Source: an uncultured delta proteobacterium
GTDB taxonomy: Bacteria > Desulfobacterota > Desulfobacteria > Desulfobacterales > JAHEIW01
Reading direction: 5' to 3'
Assembly (NCBI GenBank): GCA_963706575.1
Contig: CAVPNL010000008.1
Span: 224,001 to 288,000, forward strand
Length of the DNA: 64,000 bases
The first letter of the stretch is position 1. Every line of letters starts with the position of its first letter. This document shows, piece by piece, positions 50,315-62,138 of the stretch. A program made the translations under genes and the position numbers. The notes beneath the pieces were generated by a model that did not search any database, was not told the origin of the DNA, and saw only the letters and a list, made by a program, of their open reading frames with translations.

Positions 50315-51088
50315 ATGGGAAAAACATTTCAGAAACCCGAGGCCTTGGCCGATACGATTACCCACTATTGCCCGGGTTGCACCCATGGAGTGGCTCACCG
50401 GCTGGTAGCCGAAGTTATCGATGAACTCGGTATCCGCGGCAAAACCGTTGGCGTTGCGCCGGTGGGTTGTGCCGTTATGATGTATAATTATTTTACATTT
50501 GATTTTCAGGAGGCAGCCCATGGGCGTGCGCCGGCAATGGCCACCGGCATTAAGCGCGTTCGGCCGGATCTGATGGTATTTACCTATCAGGGCGACGGAG
50601 ATCTGGCCAGCATCGGCATGGGAGAGATTGTGCATGCCGCCAACCGCGGAGAAAAATTTACAGTGATCTTTATCAATAATGCGGTTTATGGCATGACCGG
50701 CGGGCAAATGGCACCGACAACCATGCCAGGACAGCGGACGACCACCTCACCATTCGGCCGTAAAATTCTGGATACCGGGATGCCGATAAAAATGTCGGAG
50801 ATGTTGGCCGCACTTGAGACACCGGCTTATATTACCCGCCAGACATTACTAAATCCGAAATATATCAATAAGGCCAAAAAAGCGATCAAGAAGGCCTTTA
50901 CCTATCAGATGCAAAACACATGCTTCAGTTTTGTCGAACTGGTCAGTACCTGCCCGACGAACTGGGGAATGACCCCGCTGGATGCGATCAAGTGGGCTGA
51001 GGAAGAAATGCTTCCGTATTTTGCGATAGGTGTGTTCAAAACACCTGAAGAAAGCACTGAGGCGCAAACCGTAAGCACAGAACAGTAA
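50315..51088 (+). CDS. 2-oxoacid:ferredoxin oxidoreductase beta (TPP-binding) subunit
   Basis: YCPGCTHG, GDGDLASIG and NNAVYGMTGGQ motifs. Confidence 0.95.
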   Translation: MGKTFQKPEALADTITHYCPGCTHGVAHRLVAEVIDELGIRGKTVGVAPVGCAVMMYNYFTFDFQEAAHGRAPAMATGIKRVRPDLMVFTYQGDGDLASIGMGEIVHAANRGEKFTVIFINNAVYGMTGGQMAPTTMPGQRTTTSPFGRKILDTGMPIKMSEMLAALETPAYITRQTLLNPKYINKAKKAIKKAFTYQMQNTCFSFVELVSTCPTNWGMTPLDAIKWAEEEMLPYFAIGVFKTPEESTEAQTVSTEQ

Positions 51089-51190
51089 GCAGAATGCAGG
51101 AAACAGTGAACCGTAAGCAGTAGGCAGTGTATCGTGATTGGGGATCAGGACAAAAGACTGCTTTCATGTGCTTACGCTTTGTTGCCTATT
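51068..51190. repeat. Degenerate inverted heptamer-array element (CAGTAAG // CTTAC/CTGC)
   Basis: CCGTAAGCACAGAACAGTAAGCAGAATGCAGG...CCGTAAGCAGTAGGCAGTG ... ACTGCTTTCATGTGCTTACG. Confidence 0.55.
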
Positions 51191-51205
51191 GAGGAGGGAA
51201 GGATA

Positions 51206-51745
51206 ATGCAAAACGAAGTTCAATTTGCCGGGTTCGGCGGCCAGGGAATTATGCTAATGGGCCAGATAATGGCTGAGGCGGCGATGCAACAGGGCCACGA
51301 GGTGGTCTGGATTCCGTCTTACGGCCCGGAAATGCGTGGCGGCACGGCCTATTGTACGGTGGTTATCAGTGATCGGCCAATCGGCTCTCCGATTATTCGA
51401 AATCCGAAGCACCTGGTGGCCATGAATCGGCCTTCTCTTGAAAAATTCGCACCCTCTGTCAAATCCGGCGGCACCATTTTCATCAACAGCTCCATCATAT
51501 CGATCGATGCCGGTCGGGATGATGTGGACGTTATTAAAGTTCCGATTATCGAAATTGCCAAGGAATTGGGAAATGTGAGAACCGCCAATATCATCGCTCT
51601 GGCGGCATTCGTGAGTCGCAGCCAGGTGGTTGACTTTGAACTGCTGCGCGAATCGGTAAAGGCCAAATTTGCGAATAAAGAAAAACTGATTCCCATCAAC
51701 ATGAAAGCGCTTGAGGAAGGCAAAAAAGCCGCGAGCAGAGAATAA
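51206..51745 (+). CDS. 2-oxoacid:ferredoxin oxidoreductase gamma subunit
   Basis: AGFGGQG and SYGPEMRGG motifs. Confidence 0.95.
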   Translation: MQNEVQFAGFGGQGIMLMGQIMAEAAMQQGHEVVWIPSYGPEMRGGTAYCTVVISDRPIGSPIIRNPKHLVAMNRPSLEKFAPSVKSGGTIFINSSIISIDAGRDDVDVIKVPIIEIAKELGNVRTANIIALAAFVSRSQVVDFELLRESVKAKFANKEKLIPINMKALEEGKKAASRE

Positions 51746-51850
51746 GATTACGAGCGCGCCATAGATAAAGCGCGGAGCAATATTAACTCGCCCTGGTTGG
51801 ATGAATATCGAATATCTTGAACAGGTAATGTGTACGCTTAGAACATCAAA

Positions 51851-52945
51851 ATGAAACTTACCATTCCCGACAATCTACGAGCGATCAATCCTTATGTTCC
51901 CGGCAAGCCGATTGAGGAGGTTCAACGGGAATATGGGATTGATCATTCCATCAAGCTGGCTTCCAATGAAAACCCGTTCGGTCCTTCACCAATGGCCCTG
52001 GCGGCGATACAGCAGGTACTGGGCAACCTGCATCGATATCCGGATGCACGTGGCTACGAGTTGACCCATTCGATTGCTGAAAAATTTAATATCGATCCCG
52101 GCCACATTGTTTTGGGAAACGGTTCTGACGATATCATTGCATTGCTTGCCGCTGTTTTGTTGAATCCGGGCGATGAGGTTGTTTTGCCGCAACCTTCCTT
52201 TCTTTTTTACGAGATTTCAATTCTAGGCGCTGGTGCCCTTCCGATTTGGGTTCCTTTAAAATCGTTTAAAACGGATCTGGCGGGTATGATCCGTAAAATC
52301 AGCCCCAAGACCCGTATGATTTTTTTAAATGTTCCCCACAATCCCACCGGAACCATCATTTCTAAATCCGATTTTGACGATTTTATCGCTGAGATACCCC
52401 CGCAAATCATTATTGTCCTGGATGAAGCCTATATCGAATTTATTACAGATTCGAATTGCGCAAACAGTTTCGACTATTTGAAGACCGATAACGCGATTGT
52501 TGGGATGCGAACCTTTTCAAAGGCGTTCGGGTTGGCCGGGCTGCGGGTGGGTTATGGTGTGATGCCGGTGGTTTTGGCGGAACTGCTTCACCGGGTCCGG
52601 CAACCGTTTAATGTCAATACACTGGCACAGGTAGCTGCAACAGCTGCACTAAATGATGCTGAGTTTCTGAAAAAAACCCTCGATCTGGTGCATGATGAAC
52701 TTCAATTCATTTACGCTGCCCTGGACAGACTCGAGCTGCCTTATATCCGATCCCAGGCCAATTTTCTTATGATCGAAATTAGCGCTGGGCCAAGCGCGGA
52801 TGAAATCGCTGAAAAATTGCTGATGCAAGGTGTCATTGTGCGTGCTATGACCGCCTACGGATACCCGCAACACATACGGGTAACGATAGGACAGCGTGCT
52901 GAGAATATGCGATTTCTAGAAGCGATCGAAAGGGTAGTTAAATAA
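51851..52945 (+). CDS. hisC: Histidinol-phosphate aminotransferase
   Basis: KLASNENP, GNGSD, DEAY and RTFSKAFGLAGLRVGY motifs. Confidence 0.97.
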   Translation: MKLTIPDNLRAINPYVPGKPIEEVQREYGIDHSIKLASNENPFGPSPMALAAIQQVLGNLHRYPDARGYELTHSIAEKFNIDPGHIVLGNGSDDIIALLAAVLLNPGDEVVLPQPSFLFYEISILGAGALPIWVPLKSFKTDLAGMIRKISPKTRMIFLNVPHNPTGTIISKSDFDDFIAEIPPQIIIVLDEAYIEFITDSNCANSFDYLKTDNAIVGMRTFSKAFGLAGLRVGYGVMPVVLAELLHRVRQPFNVNTLAQVAATAALNDAEFLKKTLDLVHDELQFIYAALDRLELPYIRSQANFLMIEISAGPSADEIAEKLLMQGVIVRAMTAYGYPQHIRVTIGQRAENMRFLEAIERVVK

Positions 52946-53108
52946 GTCAGAGAACAGGTGTCAGGTTTCGGGTGTCTATCAGTTGCCAGGCTTTACATCT
53001 GTTTAATTTGGTTCGGTTGATGCCAACCAATTCAACCAATGAAACAAATAAAACCAATCCAACAGTTCATTGAACCCCCGAACCTCTGAACCCAGAACCC
53101 TGAACCCG
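52945..53108. repeat. Composite inverted tandem-repeat element (CAGGTGT / AACCAAT / TGAACCC arrays)
   Basis: CAGGTGTCAGGTTTCGGGTGTC ... CAACCAATTCAACCAATGAAACAAATAAAACCAAT ... GAACCTCTGAACCCAGAACCCTGAACCC. Confidence 0.7.
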
Positions 53109-53115
53109 AGCGACA

Positions 53116-53781
53116 ATGAAGAAACTTCTGATAACGATTGACGGTCCGGCCGGTGCCGGCAAAACAACCGTCAGCCGTACGCTTGCCGACCGGCTGGGAT
53201 ATCGTTATATCGACACCGGCGCACTTTATCGCGGGGTTGCCTATGAAGTAAAAAGCCAGGGGGTCAATCCCGAAAGCGAGACAGAACTGTCCGAACTTTG
53301 CAGCCGGCTTCAGCTTAGTTTCAAAACAGAGGCGCAGGGGCTGCGTCTTTATTCCGGCGAAACGGACATCTCCGACCGCATCCGTACCCCTGAAATTAGT
53401 ATGCTGGCATCGTCTGTTTCTGCCATCGCGGTGGTGCGCGAGTATCTTCTGGATGTGCAAAGGGATATTGGTCTCCGCAAAGCAGCGGTCTTCGAAGGAC
53501 GCGATATGGGGACGGTTGTATTTCCGGAGGCGGACGTTAAATTTTTTTTGGATGCATCTTTAACCACCCGGGCGCTGCGACGGTATGAGGAACTCGAGTC
53601 CGAATCCGATCAATCACTGGCTACGGTTGAAAAAGACATGCAGCGCAGAGATACCAATGACAGTACCCGAAGCCTGGCGCCACTCAAACCGGCCGGTGAT
53701 GCCATTGTGATTGATTCCACGGACTTATCCGTTCAGGAAGTGGTAGATCGAATGCTTTCGCGCATCTCTGAAAAAGGATAG
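53116..53781 (+). CDS. cmk: Cytidylate kinase
   Basis: IDGPAGAGKTT, DTGALYR and EGRDMGTVVFP motifs. Confidence 0.98.
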   Translation: MKKLLITIDGPAGAGKTTVSRTLADRLGYRYIDTGALYRGVAYEVKSQGVNPESETELSELCSRLQLSFKTEAQGLRLYSGETDISDRIRTPEISMLASSVSAIAVVREYLLDVQRDIGLRKAAVFEGRDMGTVVFPEADVKFFLDASLTTRALRRYEELESESDQSLATVEKDMQRRDTNDSTRSLAPLKPAGDAIVIDSTDLSVQEVVDRMLSRISEKG

Positions 53782-53947
53782 TGAAGCGAAATTAATAGTA
53801 GCCATTCTTAACAATTTTAATTATTTGTCTGAAATTAATAAAAATTCAAATAAAATATTGCATTTTTCTTTCAGTCTGGTAAACATACGGGATTGCACTA
53901 ACGCCCATGGCGTAGCAATAATATTGGCTAAGGGGGATTAATTATTC

Positions 53948-55792
53948 ATGGTTGACGAAACAAACAAGGATGAAACCCAAAATGAGGCGCAAGCTGAGGT
54001 TTCCGATGGTAGTGCTGCTGAGCAGGTGAATACCGAAAATGAACCGCAAAACGAAGAGTTGAAAGCAGATCAGTCATTGACGGGTCCATCCGAAGACAGT
54101 CCACAAGATCCGGGCGACAGCATGGAAAGCGTGATGGACATGTACGAAGAGAGTTTCAAACGCTTTGCTGAAGGGGAAGTCGTCACCGGTCGGGTTATTT
54201 CTATAGATAAAGATCATGTTCTGGTGGACATCGGCTACAAATCTGAAGGTCAGGTAAGAATTCAAGAGTTTACAGATCAAAGCGGCAATGTTACCGCTAA
54301 AGTCGGAGATGCCATCGAAGTCATGGTAGAATGGTGGGACGATGAAGACGAGCGTGTCCTGTTGTCCAAAGATAAAGCGGCCAACATTAAAGTCTGGGAA
54401 GCGGTTAAAAAATCTTACGATGAAGAGGGTACCGTCAAAGGGACCATTACCAACCGGGTTAAAGGCGGATTTTCAGTTGACATCGGCGTCCCGGGCTTTC
54501 TACCCGGATCCCAGGCGGATCTGCGACCGATTCGGAATCTGGATGATATGGTCGGCAAAGAATTTGATTTCAAGATTCTAAAATATAATCGCAAGCGCAG
54601 TAATATTGTTCTTTCCCGAAGGGCTATCCTGGAAAAAGAACTGGAGCAAAAGCGCTCAGCAACCCTGGAGACTATTAATGAAGGCAAGGTTGTCGAAGGC
54701 GCCGTAAAAAATATCACCGAGTATGGTGTTTTTGTTGACCTGGGCGGTGTTGATGGTCTGCTCCACATTACCGATATTTCCTGGGGAAGGGTAAAACACC
54801 CCTCGGAGCTTTTTTCAATCGGGGATCCCATCACCGTCAAGATTTTAAATCTGGATTTAGAAAACGAAAGAGTCTCATTGGGGATGAAACAGCTCAATGA
54901 GGATCCGTGGACCACCGCTTCTAAAAAATATGCCGTGGGTTCTCGTGTGACGGGAAAAGTTGTCAGCCTCACCGATTATGGGGCTTTCATTGAGCTGGAA
55001 GAAGGCATCGAGGGGCTGATCCATGTGTCTGAGATGTCCTGGACCCGCAAAATCCGGCATCCGTCCAAAGTTGTATCCGTCGGAGAAGAAGTGGAAGCCG
55101 TTGTGCTGGATATAAAACCCGAAAGCCGTAGAATTTCCATGGGCATGAAGCAGGTCGTTCCGAATCCCTGGGATGTGATCAGTGAAAAATATCCGATCGG
55201 TACCACCATCGAAGGGAAAATTAAAAATATCACCGATTTCGGATTGTTTATCGGTATTGATGAAGGTATTGATGGGCTGGTTCATATTTCTGATATTTCC
55301 TGGACCCGAAGAATCAAACACCCATCCGAGCTCTTTAAAAAAGGAGATGTTGTTCAGGCCATCGTGCTGGATATTGAAAAAGAAAATGAGCGGTTTTCAC
55401 TCGGTATCAAGCAGTTGCAGGACGATCCCTGGGCATCGGTGGCTCATAGATATGAAGTCGGTAAGGAGATTACCGGAACCATCACCAACCTGACGGATTT
55501 TGGGATTTTCGTTGAGCTGGAAGAAGGAATTGAGGGGCTTGTTCACGTGTCTGAAATCAGCAAAGAAAAGATAAAAACACCGACCGAAAAATTTAAGATT
55601 GGCGATGTCATTTCGGCCCGGGTGATGAACATTAACAGTGATGAAAGGCGCATCGGCCTTTCCATCAAACGACTTGAAATGGAAGACGAACAAAACTTAC
55701 TCAGCGAGTACGTCAACAATATGGGGCAGGCCACGTCTACGTTTGGAGAAATATTACGCGAGAATCTACAGGAGAAGCTGAACGAGGATTAA
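53948..55792 (+). CDS. rpsA: 30S ribosomal protein S1
   Basis: Multiple S1 repeats (YGVFVDLGGVDGLLH, GIEGLIHVSE); follows cmk. Confidence 0.99.
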   Translation: MVDETNKDETQNEAQAEVSDGSAAEQVNTENEPQNEELKADQSLTGPSEDSPQDPGDSMESVMDMYEESFKRFAEGEVVTGRVISIDKDHVLVDIGYKSEGQVRIQEFTDQSGNVTAKVGDAIEVMVEWWDDEDERVLLSKDKAANIKVWEAVKKSYDEEGTVKGTITNRVKGGFSVDIGVPGFLPGSQADLRPIRNLDDMVGKEFDFKILKYNRKRSNIVLSRRAILEKELEQKRSATLETINEGKVVEGAVKNITEYGVFVDLGGVDGLLHITDISWGRVKHPSELFSIGDPITVKILNLDLENERVSLGMKQLNEDPWTTASKKYAVGSRVTGKVVSLTDYGAFIELEEGIEGLIHVSEMSWTRKIRHPSKVVSVGEEVEAVVLDIKPESRRISMGMKQVVPNPWDVISEKYPIGTTIEGKIKNITDFGLFIGIDEGIDGLVHISDISWTRRIKHPSELFKKGDVVQAIVLDIEKENERFSLGIKQLQDDPWASVAHRYEVGKEITGTITNLTDFGIFVELEEGIEGLVHVSEISKEKIKTPTEKFKIGDVISARVMNINSDERRIGLSIKRLEMEDEQNLLSEYVNNMGQATSTFGEILRENLQEKLNED

Positions 55793-56008
55793 AACCCATC
55801 TCGAAAAGACGTTTCACACCAATGGCTGTGTTGCCCCGCTAAAGCGGGATCTCACGGCCATTTTTATAAATATTAAGGGGTTCGTCAAATCGATTCAAAA
55901 TATTCGCATAGCGCGGCAAGATGTCGCTCCCACTGTTGATATTGAGAAGTGGGAGTGGCTTCCAGCCACGAATAATTGGCGTGAGTTACTATTTTTGAGA
56001 TGGGTTTT
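55790..56008. mobile_element. MITE (~220 bp) with ends related to the 11.6 kb MITE
   Basis: AAAACCCATCTCGAAAA ... TTTTGAGATGGGTTTT; internal REP-like inverted pair GCTCCCAC...GTGGGAGT. Confidence 0.7.
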
Positions 56009-56016
56009 TGGTTTTT

Positions 56017-56625
56017 TTATTGAAAAATACTGACATCCCCCATCCCCTTGCGAATAACTTCCGGCATGTCATCTATCAGGGAAATGACGCTCGAAGGCTT
56101 TCCCGACACAAACTCCCCGTCAATCACCAGATCAAGGCGGTTTTTAAATACGTCATGGATCAGTGAAGCGTCGTTTAGGATGCTGCCGTCCGGCAATGTG
56201 GCGCTGGTGGTAATGATGGGATTTCCCAGCCCTGCTACCAGCTCGAGACATATTTTGTGATCCGGCACCCGAATTCCAGCGGTTTTACGTTTGGTCAGCA
56301 TAATCTTGGGTACCAGTTTGGAGCCCTCAAGGATAAAGGTATAGGGGCCGGGTAATAACCTTTTCATAGTTTTATAGGCATAATTGGATACCTTGGCGTA
56401 ATGACTGATGTTTTTAAGCCCCGAACAAATAAAACTGAAAGGTTTGTTTCTATTGCGTTGTTTCAACTGGTAAATACGTTCAATGGCTTTTTTATTCAGT
56501 ATGTCACAGCCAATGCCGTAATGGGTGTCGGTTGGATAGACAACGATGCCGCCTTTTGTCAGGATGTCGACCGCTTTTTGAATGAGTCGACTCTGGGGGT
56601 TGTTTGGATTTACCTTAATCAGCAT
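56017..56625 (-). CDS. Sua5/YciO/YrdC family protein
   Basis: YPTDTHYGIGC, LLPGPYTFIL, GIRVPD and TTSA motifs. Confidence 0.93.
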   Translation of the reverse strand: MLIKVNPNNPQSRLIQKAVDILTKGGIVVYPTDTHYGIGCDILNKKAIERIYQLKQRNRNKPFSFICSGLKNISHYAKVSNYAYKTMKRLLPGPYTFILEGSKLVPKIMLTKRKTAGIRVPDHKICLELVAGLGNPIITTSATLPDGSILNDASLIHDVFKNRLDLVIDGEFVSGKPSSVISLIDDMPEVIRKGMGDVSIFQ

Positions 56626-56878
56626 GTGTTTGCGACTTTGTCCGTTTAGCCGGTTGAGCCAGTTGTGCCCGTTAAAAAATGAATACCGTCTGATTTTATT
56701 TAACAAGACAACGCGCAAACGGGCAACAGAACAAGGCGCTCAACCATTATGTTTTAGATGCATTTAGGAAATAGCTTCTATTATGGTATGGACCATAATG
56801 TCAAGGTGGCAAATAAAAGATTGCTAAAGACGATGGGTTTTGCTATTCGGATGCCTAAAAGTTTAACGGAGGGAGTAC

Positions 56879-58342
56879 ATGGCAAAAATACCACCCGAAG
56901 AGGCCTATTCCTTTGATGATGTCCTGCTTATCCCTAATTATTCTGATGTGTTGCCCAAGGATGTCAAAGTCAGCACCCGGCTGACCCAGAATATTACGCT
57001 GAACATACCGATTGTCAGTGCCGCCATGGACACCGTGACGGAAGCTGACACTGCCATCAGCATTGCACGGGAAGGCGGTGTGGGATTTATCCACCGCAAT
57101 ATGAGCATCGAGAGCCAGGCCGTGGAAGTCGATAAGGTCAAAAAATCTGAAAGCGGGATGATTGTCGATCCGGTTACGATACACCCTGAGCAGAAAGTGG
57201 CGGAAGTGCTGACCTTGATGGAAAAATACCGCATTTCTGGGTTGCCGGTGACCAAAGGAGATCAACTGGTGGGGATTGTCACCAACCGGGATCTGCGATT
57301 TGAAACCGATCTTGAAAAAAGTGTTTCGGATGTAATGACCAAAGAAAATCTGGTAACGGTTACCGAAGGAATCTCTCTGGAGGACTCCAAAAAACTGCTG
57401 CACCAGCACCGCATTGAAAAGCTGCTGGTGGTCGACAATAAAGGCCGCCTGACCGGCCTGATTACGATTAAAGATATAGAAAAACTTAAAAAATACCCCG
57501 ATGCCTGTAAGGATCGGATGGGGCGGCTTCGGGTTGGCGCGGCGGTGGGCGTCGGCCCGGATATGGAAGAGCGCACCGAAGCCCTCTTAACAGCGGGTGC
57601 TGACGTGGTTCTGATTGATACCTCCCACGGGCATACGGAAAATGTGATCAGCGCCGTTAAAACGCTTAAAAGCAACCATGAGAACCTCGAGCTTATCGCC
57701 GGCAACGTGGGCACGGGCAAAGGCGCAGAAGATTTGATCAATGCCGGCGTCGACGGCGTAAAAATCGGCATTGGCCCGGGTTCCATCTGCACTACGCGGA
57801 TCGTTGCCGGGATCGGTGTGCCTCAATTTACAGCCATTATGAACTGTCGGTCTGTATCCGCTAAAACCGGCATCCCGTTGATTGCAGACGGCGGCATCCG
57901 GTTTTCAGGGGATATTACCAAAGCCATCGGTGCCGGCGCCCATGTGGTTATGATCGGGGGCCTATTTGCCGGTACAGAGGAGACTCCGGGAGAGCAGATT
58001 TTTTTTCAGGGCCGCAGCTATAAAGTATACCGCGGAATGGGATCGATTGAGGCCATGAAAAAAGGGAGCAAAGATCGTTACTACCAGAGCGAAAAAGCCG
58101 ATGAGGACAAGCTGGTTCCGGAAGGTATTGTCGGTCGCGTACCGTACCGTGGATCGCTTTCAGCAACACTTTTTCAAATGGTCGGTGGATTAAAGGCCGG
58201 TATGGGGTACCTCGGCTGCCGCACCCTGGATGAGCTTCGCGAAAAGGCCCGTTTCGTAAAAGTCAGCGCCGCCGGCATGCGCGAAAGTCATGTGCATGAT
58301 GTGATTATCACCAAGGAGGCGCCGAACTATAGTCTCGAATAA
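56879..58342 (+). CDS. guaB: IMP dehydrogenase
   Basis: [12 protein letters not shown] pair, [11 protein letters not shown] and YRGMGS motifs. Confidence 0.99.
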   Translation: MAKIPPEEAYSFDDVLLIPNYSDVLPKDVKVSTRLTQNITLNIPIVSAAMDTVTEADTAISIAREGGVGFIHRNMSIESQAVEVDKVKKSESGMIVDPVTIHPEQKVAEVLTLMEKYRISGLPVTKGDQLVGIVTNRDLRFETDLEKSVSDVMTKENLVTVTEGISLEDSKKLLHQHRIEKLLVVDNKGRLTGLITIKDIEKLKKYPDACKDRMGRLRVGAAVGVGPDMEERTEALLTAGADVVLIDTSHGHTENVISAVKTLKSNHENLELIAGNVGTGKGAEDLINAGVDGVKIGIGPGSICTTRIVAGIGVPQFTAIMNCRSVSAKTGIPLIADGGIRFSGDITKAIGAGAHVVMIGGLFAGTEETPGEQIFFQGRSYKVYRGMGSIEAMKKGSKDRYYQSEKADEDKLVPEGIVGRVPYRGSLSATLFQMVGGLKAGMGYLGCRTLDELREKARFVKVSAAGMRESHVHDVIITKEAPNYSLE

Positions 58343-58592
58343 TTCGACGTGTCTCATAAATATTGTCAATATTATTAAGTCTGCGGTGTTATCCTCGCAT
58401 CCGCGCAGCTCCAGGTTTGAACTGGCTCCGCCTGCGCGTGACAATCATAATTGTTTGAAGGATCACAATAAAACCTGAAAAATTTCTCGTTTATGGTATA
58501 AATAGAAACCTTGCCCATTTTCCCTCACATATGATTGACCTTTTTTACGCTTTAAGTTTTCGATTTAAATTCAATTTTGAAACGAGTAATTT

Positions 58593-61500
58593 ATGACCGA
58601 AACCGTTCCTGATTTTGTTCATCTGCATGTCCACACCCAGTACAGCCTTTTAGACGGCGCCATCCGCATTGATGATCTTTTGCGGCGCGCGGCCGAGTTT
58701 GATATGCAGGCCGCCACCGTTACCGATCATGGAACGATGTTTGGCGCTGTAGAATTTTTTGAAAAGGCCAAAGCGGCGGGGATAAAGCCGATTATCGGCT
58801 GTGAGATCTATGTTGCGCCCAAAACCCGTTTTGATAAAACCCCGCTGGACAACAAAGAACTTTCGCACCTCATTTTGCTGGTTAAAAATGCAGAAGGTTA
58901 CCGCAATCTGTGCAAGCTGGCCACGGCTGCGCAACTTGAGGGATTTTATTACAAACCCCGTATTGACAAAGAAATCCTTAAAGAATGCAGCCAGGGCCTG
59001 ATCGGCCTAAGTGCCTGTCTGCACGGCGAGGTCCCGCGTCGCATTCAGCAGGGCCGCATCGAACAGGCTGACGAAGTGGCCAATGGGTATCGTGAAATTT
59101 TTGGTGAGAACAATTTTTTCCTGGAAGTGCAAAACAACGGCATCGAAGAACAGGAACGGGTCAATCAAGCATTGCTGGACATCAGTCAACGACTATCCAT
59201 TCCCCTGGTGGCGAGCAATGATTGCCATTACCTGGACAAAGAGCATGTCAGGGCCCATGATGTGCTGCTGTGCATTCAAACCGGTAAAACCATCCATGAT
59301 AACCAGCGTCTTAAGTTTCGTACCGACCAGCTCTATTTTAAATCCAAAGCCGAAATGTATGCTGCCTTTAAAGACTATCCGGGAGCACTCAGCAACACCG
59401 TCGATATTGCCGCTCGCTGCAACATCGATTTTGATTTTAAAACATATCACTTTCCCCGCTTTGCCGATGAGTCAGAGCTGAGCAGTAATGAGCTGTTTAC
59501 GCGCAGAGTCCGACAGGGATTTCAGATGCGCATGCAGCGCCTGAAAGAGAAAAATCCGCAAATTGACGAAGCCCTTTATCAAGACCGCCTGGACTATGAA
59601 ATCTCGGTCATACACGATATGGGATTTTCGGGTTATTTTTTAATCGTGGCTGATTTTATTCATTATGCCAAGGAACACAACGTGCCGGTCGGCCCCGGTC
59701 GGGGTTCGGCCGCCGGCAGCCTGGTGGCTTACAGCCTGGAAATTACCGATCTGGACCCCATTGCCCACGGGCTGATCTTTGAGCGATTTCTAAATCCGGA
59801 CCGCAAGAGCATGCCCGATATTGATGTTGATTTTTGCATCGACGGTCGGGAAGATGTTTACAAATATGTTGCCCACAAATACGGGGGCGGCGATTATGTT
59901 GCCCAGATCATCACCTTCGGAAAACTCAAAACCCGGGCGGTCATACGGGATGTCGGCCGGGCACTGGATATACCCCTGGCCGAGGTTGATGCCATCGCCA
60001 AAATGGTCCCCGATATCCTCAACATCAGTCTTGACGAGGCACTGGAACGTGAGCCCCGGCTGGTCGAACTGGCCAACCAAAAGCCCGAAATCGGCGATCT
60101 CATCGAAATCTGCCGGGTACTGGAGGGGCTGCCGCGGCACGCGTCGACCCACGCCGCCGGCGTAGTTATCGCCGACGAGCCTTTGGTCAATTATATGCCG
60201 CTTTACCGCGGGAAAAAGGGTGAAGTGGTCACCCAGTACGATATGAAGGTCGTTGAAAAAATCGGACTGGTAAAGTTTGATTTTCTGGGTCTGCGCAACC
60301 TGACGGTGATCGCCAATACGATATCCCTCATTGCCAGCCAGGGCCATGCGCCGCCGGATCTCGATAATATTGAATTGACCGATGAAGACACCTATCGCCT
60401 CTTGTCCGCCGGTGACACCACCGGGGTTTTTCAGCTTGAAAGTTCCGGCATGAAAGATTTGCTGGTGCGACTCAAACCTGAAACTTTTGACGATGTAATT
60501 GCTCTGGTGGCTCTCTACCGGCCCGGACCCATGGAAAGCGGCATGATTGACGACTACGTTGATCGCAAGCACGGCCGCAAGAAGGTGGAGTATCTTTTAC
60601 CGCAGCTGGAGCCGATCTTGAAAGAAACCTACGGCGTGATCGTCTATCAGGAGCAGGTGATGAAAATTGCCAATGATCTCGCCAATTATTCCATGGCGGA
60701 AGCCGATGATCTGCGCAAGGCCATGGGCAAAAAGATTCCGGCGATCATGGAAAAGCACCGGGAGCGCTTTGTGAGCGGCGCGGCCGAAAACACGATTGCC
60801 GCTGAGCAGGCCGCACCGATATTCAGCCTGATGGAGAAATTCGGCGGATACGGGTTCAACAAATCCCACAGCGCGGCCTATGCCCTGATTGCCTATCAAA
60901 CGGCATACCTCAAAGCCCACTATCCGGTCGAATTTATGGCCTCCTTGTTGACCAGTGAAATGCATTCCACCGATGGTGTGGTCAAATACATTGCGGAGTG
61001 CCGCAGTCACGGCATTGCCGTTCTGCCGCCGGATATTAATTATTCCGATAAAGCCTTTACTGTTTATCGCGATAAGATCCGGTTTGGTCTGGTTGCCGTG
61101 AAAAATGTGGGTGAAGCCGCGATTGAAGCCATCATTGATGCCCGCAGCGAGGAAAAGTTCGCGTCTCTTTTTGTTTTTTGTGAGCGGGTCGATTTGAAAA
61201 AAGTAAATAAACGCGTCATTGAGTCTTTGATAAAATGCGGTGCCTTTGATGGCACCGGCGCCAAACGTTCTCAAATGATGGCGGCTCTGGAAGATACACT
61301 GGATTACGGGCAGCGCGTGCAAAAGGAACGGCTGGATCCTCAGATCGGTTTGTTTGACGGTTCGGTAAATCCGCAGGTCATCAATGCGCCGGTGCTGCCA
61401 GACATCGAAGAGTGGTCGGACAGACAGCGTCTGGCATTTGAAAAAGAATCCCTGGGGTTTTACGTCAGCGGGCATCCGCTGAAGCGCTATGAGGATTTAA

Positions 61501-62093
61501 TTGACAAGTTTACCAATGCCAATGCGGTTTCCATCAAAGAAAAGAATAACGGCGCTGCCGTTCGAATCGGCGGGCTGATTCGCGGCAGCAAGATTATTAA
61601 AACCAAAAGGGGAGACCTGATGGCCTTTACGACCATCGAAGATCTCCACGGCGCGGTTGAAGCGACCGTGTTTTCGCGGGTCTACACCAGTGTAAGTGAT
61701 CTGCTGGTTGAGGATAACCTTGTTTTTATTCAGGGGCAGGTGCAAAAGGATGAGCAATCCGTAAAAATCCTGGCCGAAAAAGTGGTTGCCATGGATAAAG
61801 CTGAGGAAACCTGGACGGCCAGCATCCATTTTAATGTGGAGATGTCGCGAACAGACCGCGATGCACTCGAACAACTTAACGCAATTTTAAAGAAACACAG
61901 CGGGACATGCCGGGCCTACCTGCATTTGCACAGCCCCGAAAAGACCGATTCCATTATCGCTCTGCCGGATTCAATGAGGCTGAAAGCCGGTGGTGCCCTG
62001 GTCCGGGAAGTGAATGAGTTGCTGGGTTACAACGCCGTTGAAACCCTGTGCATGGCGGCACAGACGGAGCCCCGGCCAAACAAGTATCGTTAG
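58593..62093 (+). CDS. dnaE: DNA polymerase III alpha subunit
   Basis: HLHVHTQYSLLDG, GPGRGSAAGS, MPDIDVDF and GFNKSHSAAY motifs; no intein seen. Confidence 0.99.
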   Translation: MTETVPDFVHLHVHTQYSLLDGAIRIDDLLRRAAEFDMQAATVTDHGTMFGAVEFFEKAKAAGIKPIIGCEIYVAPKTRFDKTPLDNKELSHLILLVKNAEGYRNLCKLATAAQLEGFYYKPRIDKEILKECSQGLIGLSACLHGEVPRRIQQGRIEQADEVANGYREIFGENNFFLEVQNNGIEEQERVNQALLDISQRLSIPLVASNDCHYLDKEHVRAHDVLLCIQTGKTIHDNQRLKFRTDQLYFKSKAEMYAAFKDYPGALSNTVDIAARCNIDFDFKTYHFPRFADESELSSNELFTRRVRQGFQMRMQRLKEKNPQIDEALYQDRLDYEISVIHDMGFSGYFLIVADFIHYAKEHNVPVGPGRGSAAGSLVAYSLEITDLDPIAHGLIFERFLNPDRKSMPDIDVDFCIDGREDVYKYVAHKYGGGDYVAQIITFGKLKTRAVIRDVGRALDIPLAEVDAIAKMVPDILNISLDEALEREPRLVELANQKPEIGDLIEICRVLEGLPRHASTHAAGVVIADEPLVNYMPLYRGKKGEVVTQYDMKVVEKIGLVKFDFLGLRNLTVIANTISLIASQGHAPPDLDNIELTDEDTYRLLSAGDTTGVFQLESSGMKDLLVRLKPETFDDVIALVALYRPGPMESGMIDDYVDRKHGRKKVEYLLPQLEPILKETYGVIVYQEQVMKIANDLANYSMAEADDLRKAMGKKIPAIMEKHRERFVSGAAENTIAAEQAAPIFSLMEKFGGYGFNKSHSAAYALIAYQTAYLKAHYPVEFMASLLTSEMHSTDGVVKYIAECRSHGIAVLPPDINYSDKAFTVYRDKIRFGLVAVKNVGEAAIEAIIDARSEEKFASLFVFCERVDLKKVNKRVIESLIKCGAFDGTGAKRSQMMAALEDTLDYGQRVQKERLDPQIGLFDGSVNPQVINAPVLPDIEEWSDRQRLAFEKESLGFYVSGHPLKRYEDLIDKFTNANAVSIKEKNNGAAVRIGGLIRGSKIIKTKRGDLMAFTTIEDLHGAVEATVFSRVYTSVSDLLVEDNLVFIQGQVQKDEQSVKILAEKVVAMDKAEETWTASIHFNVEMSRTDRDALEQLNAILKKHSGTCRAYLHLHSPEKTDSIIALPDSMRLKAGGALVREVNELLGYNAVETLCMAAQTEPRPNKYR

Positions 62094-62138
62094 GAGAGGC
62101 TTCATAGCATACATAACGTCCCGTGGTCGTGTGCTGAT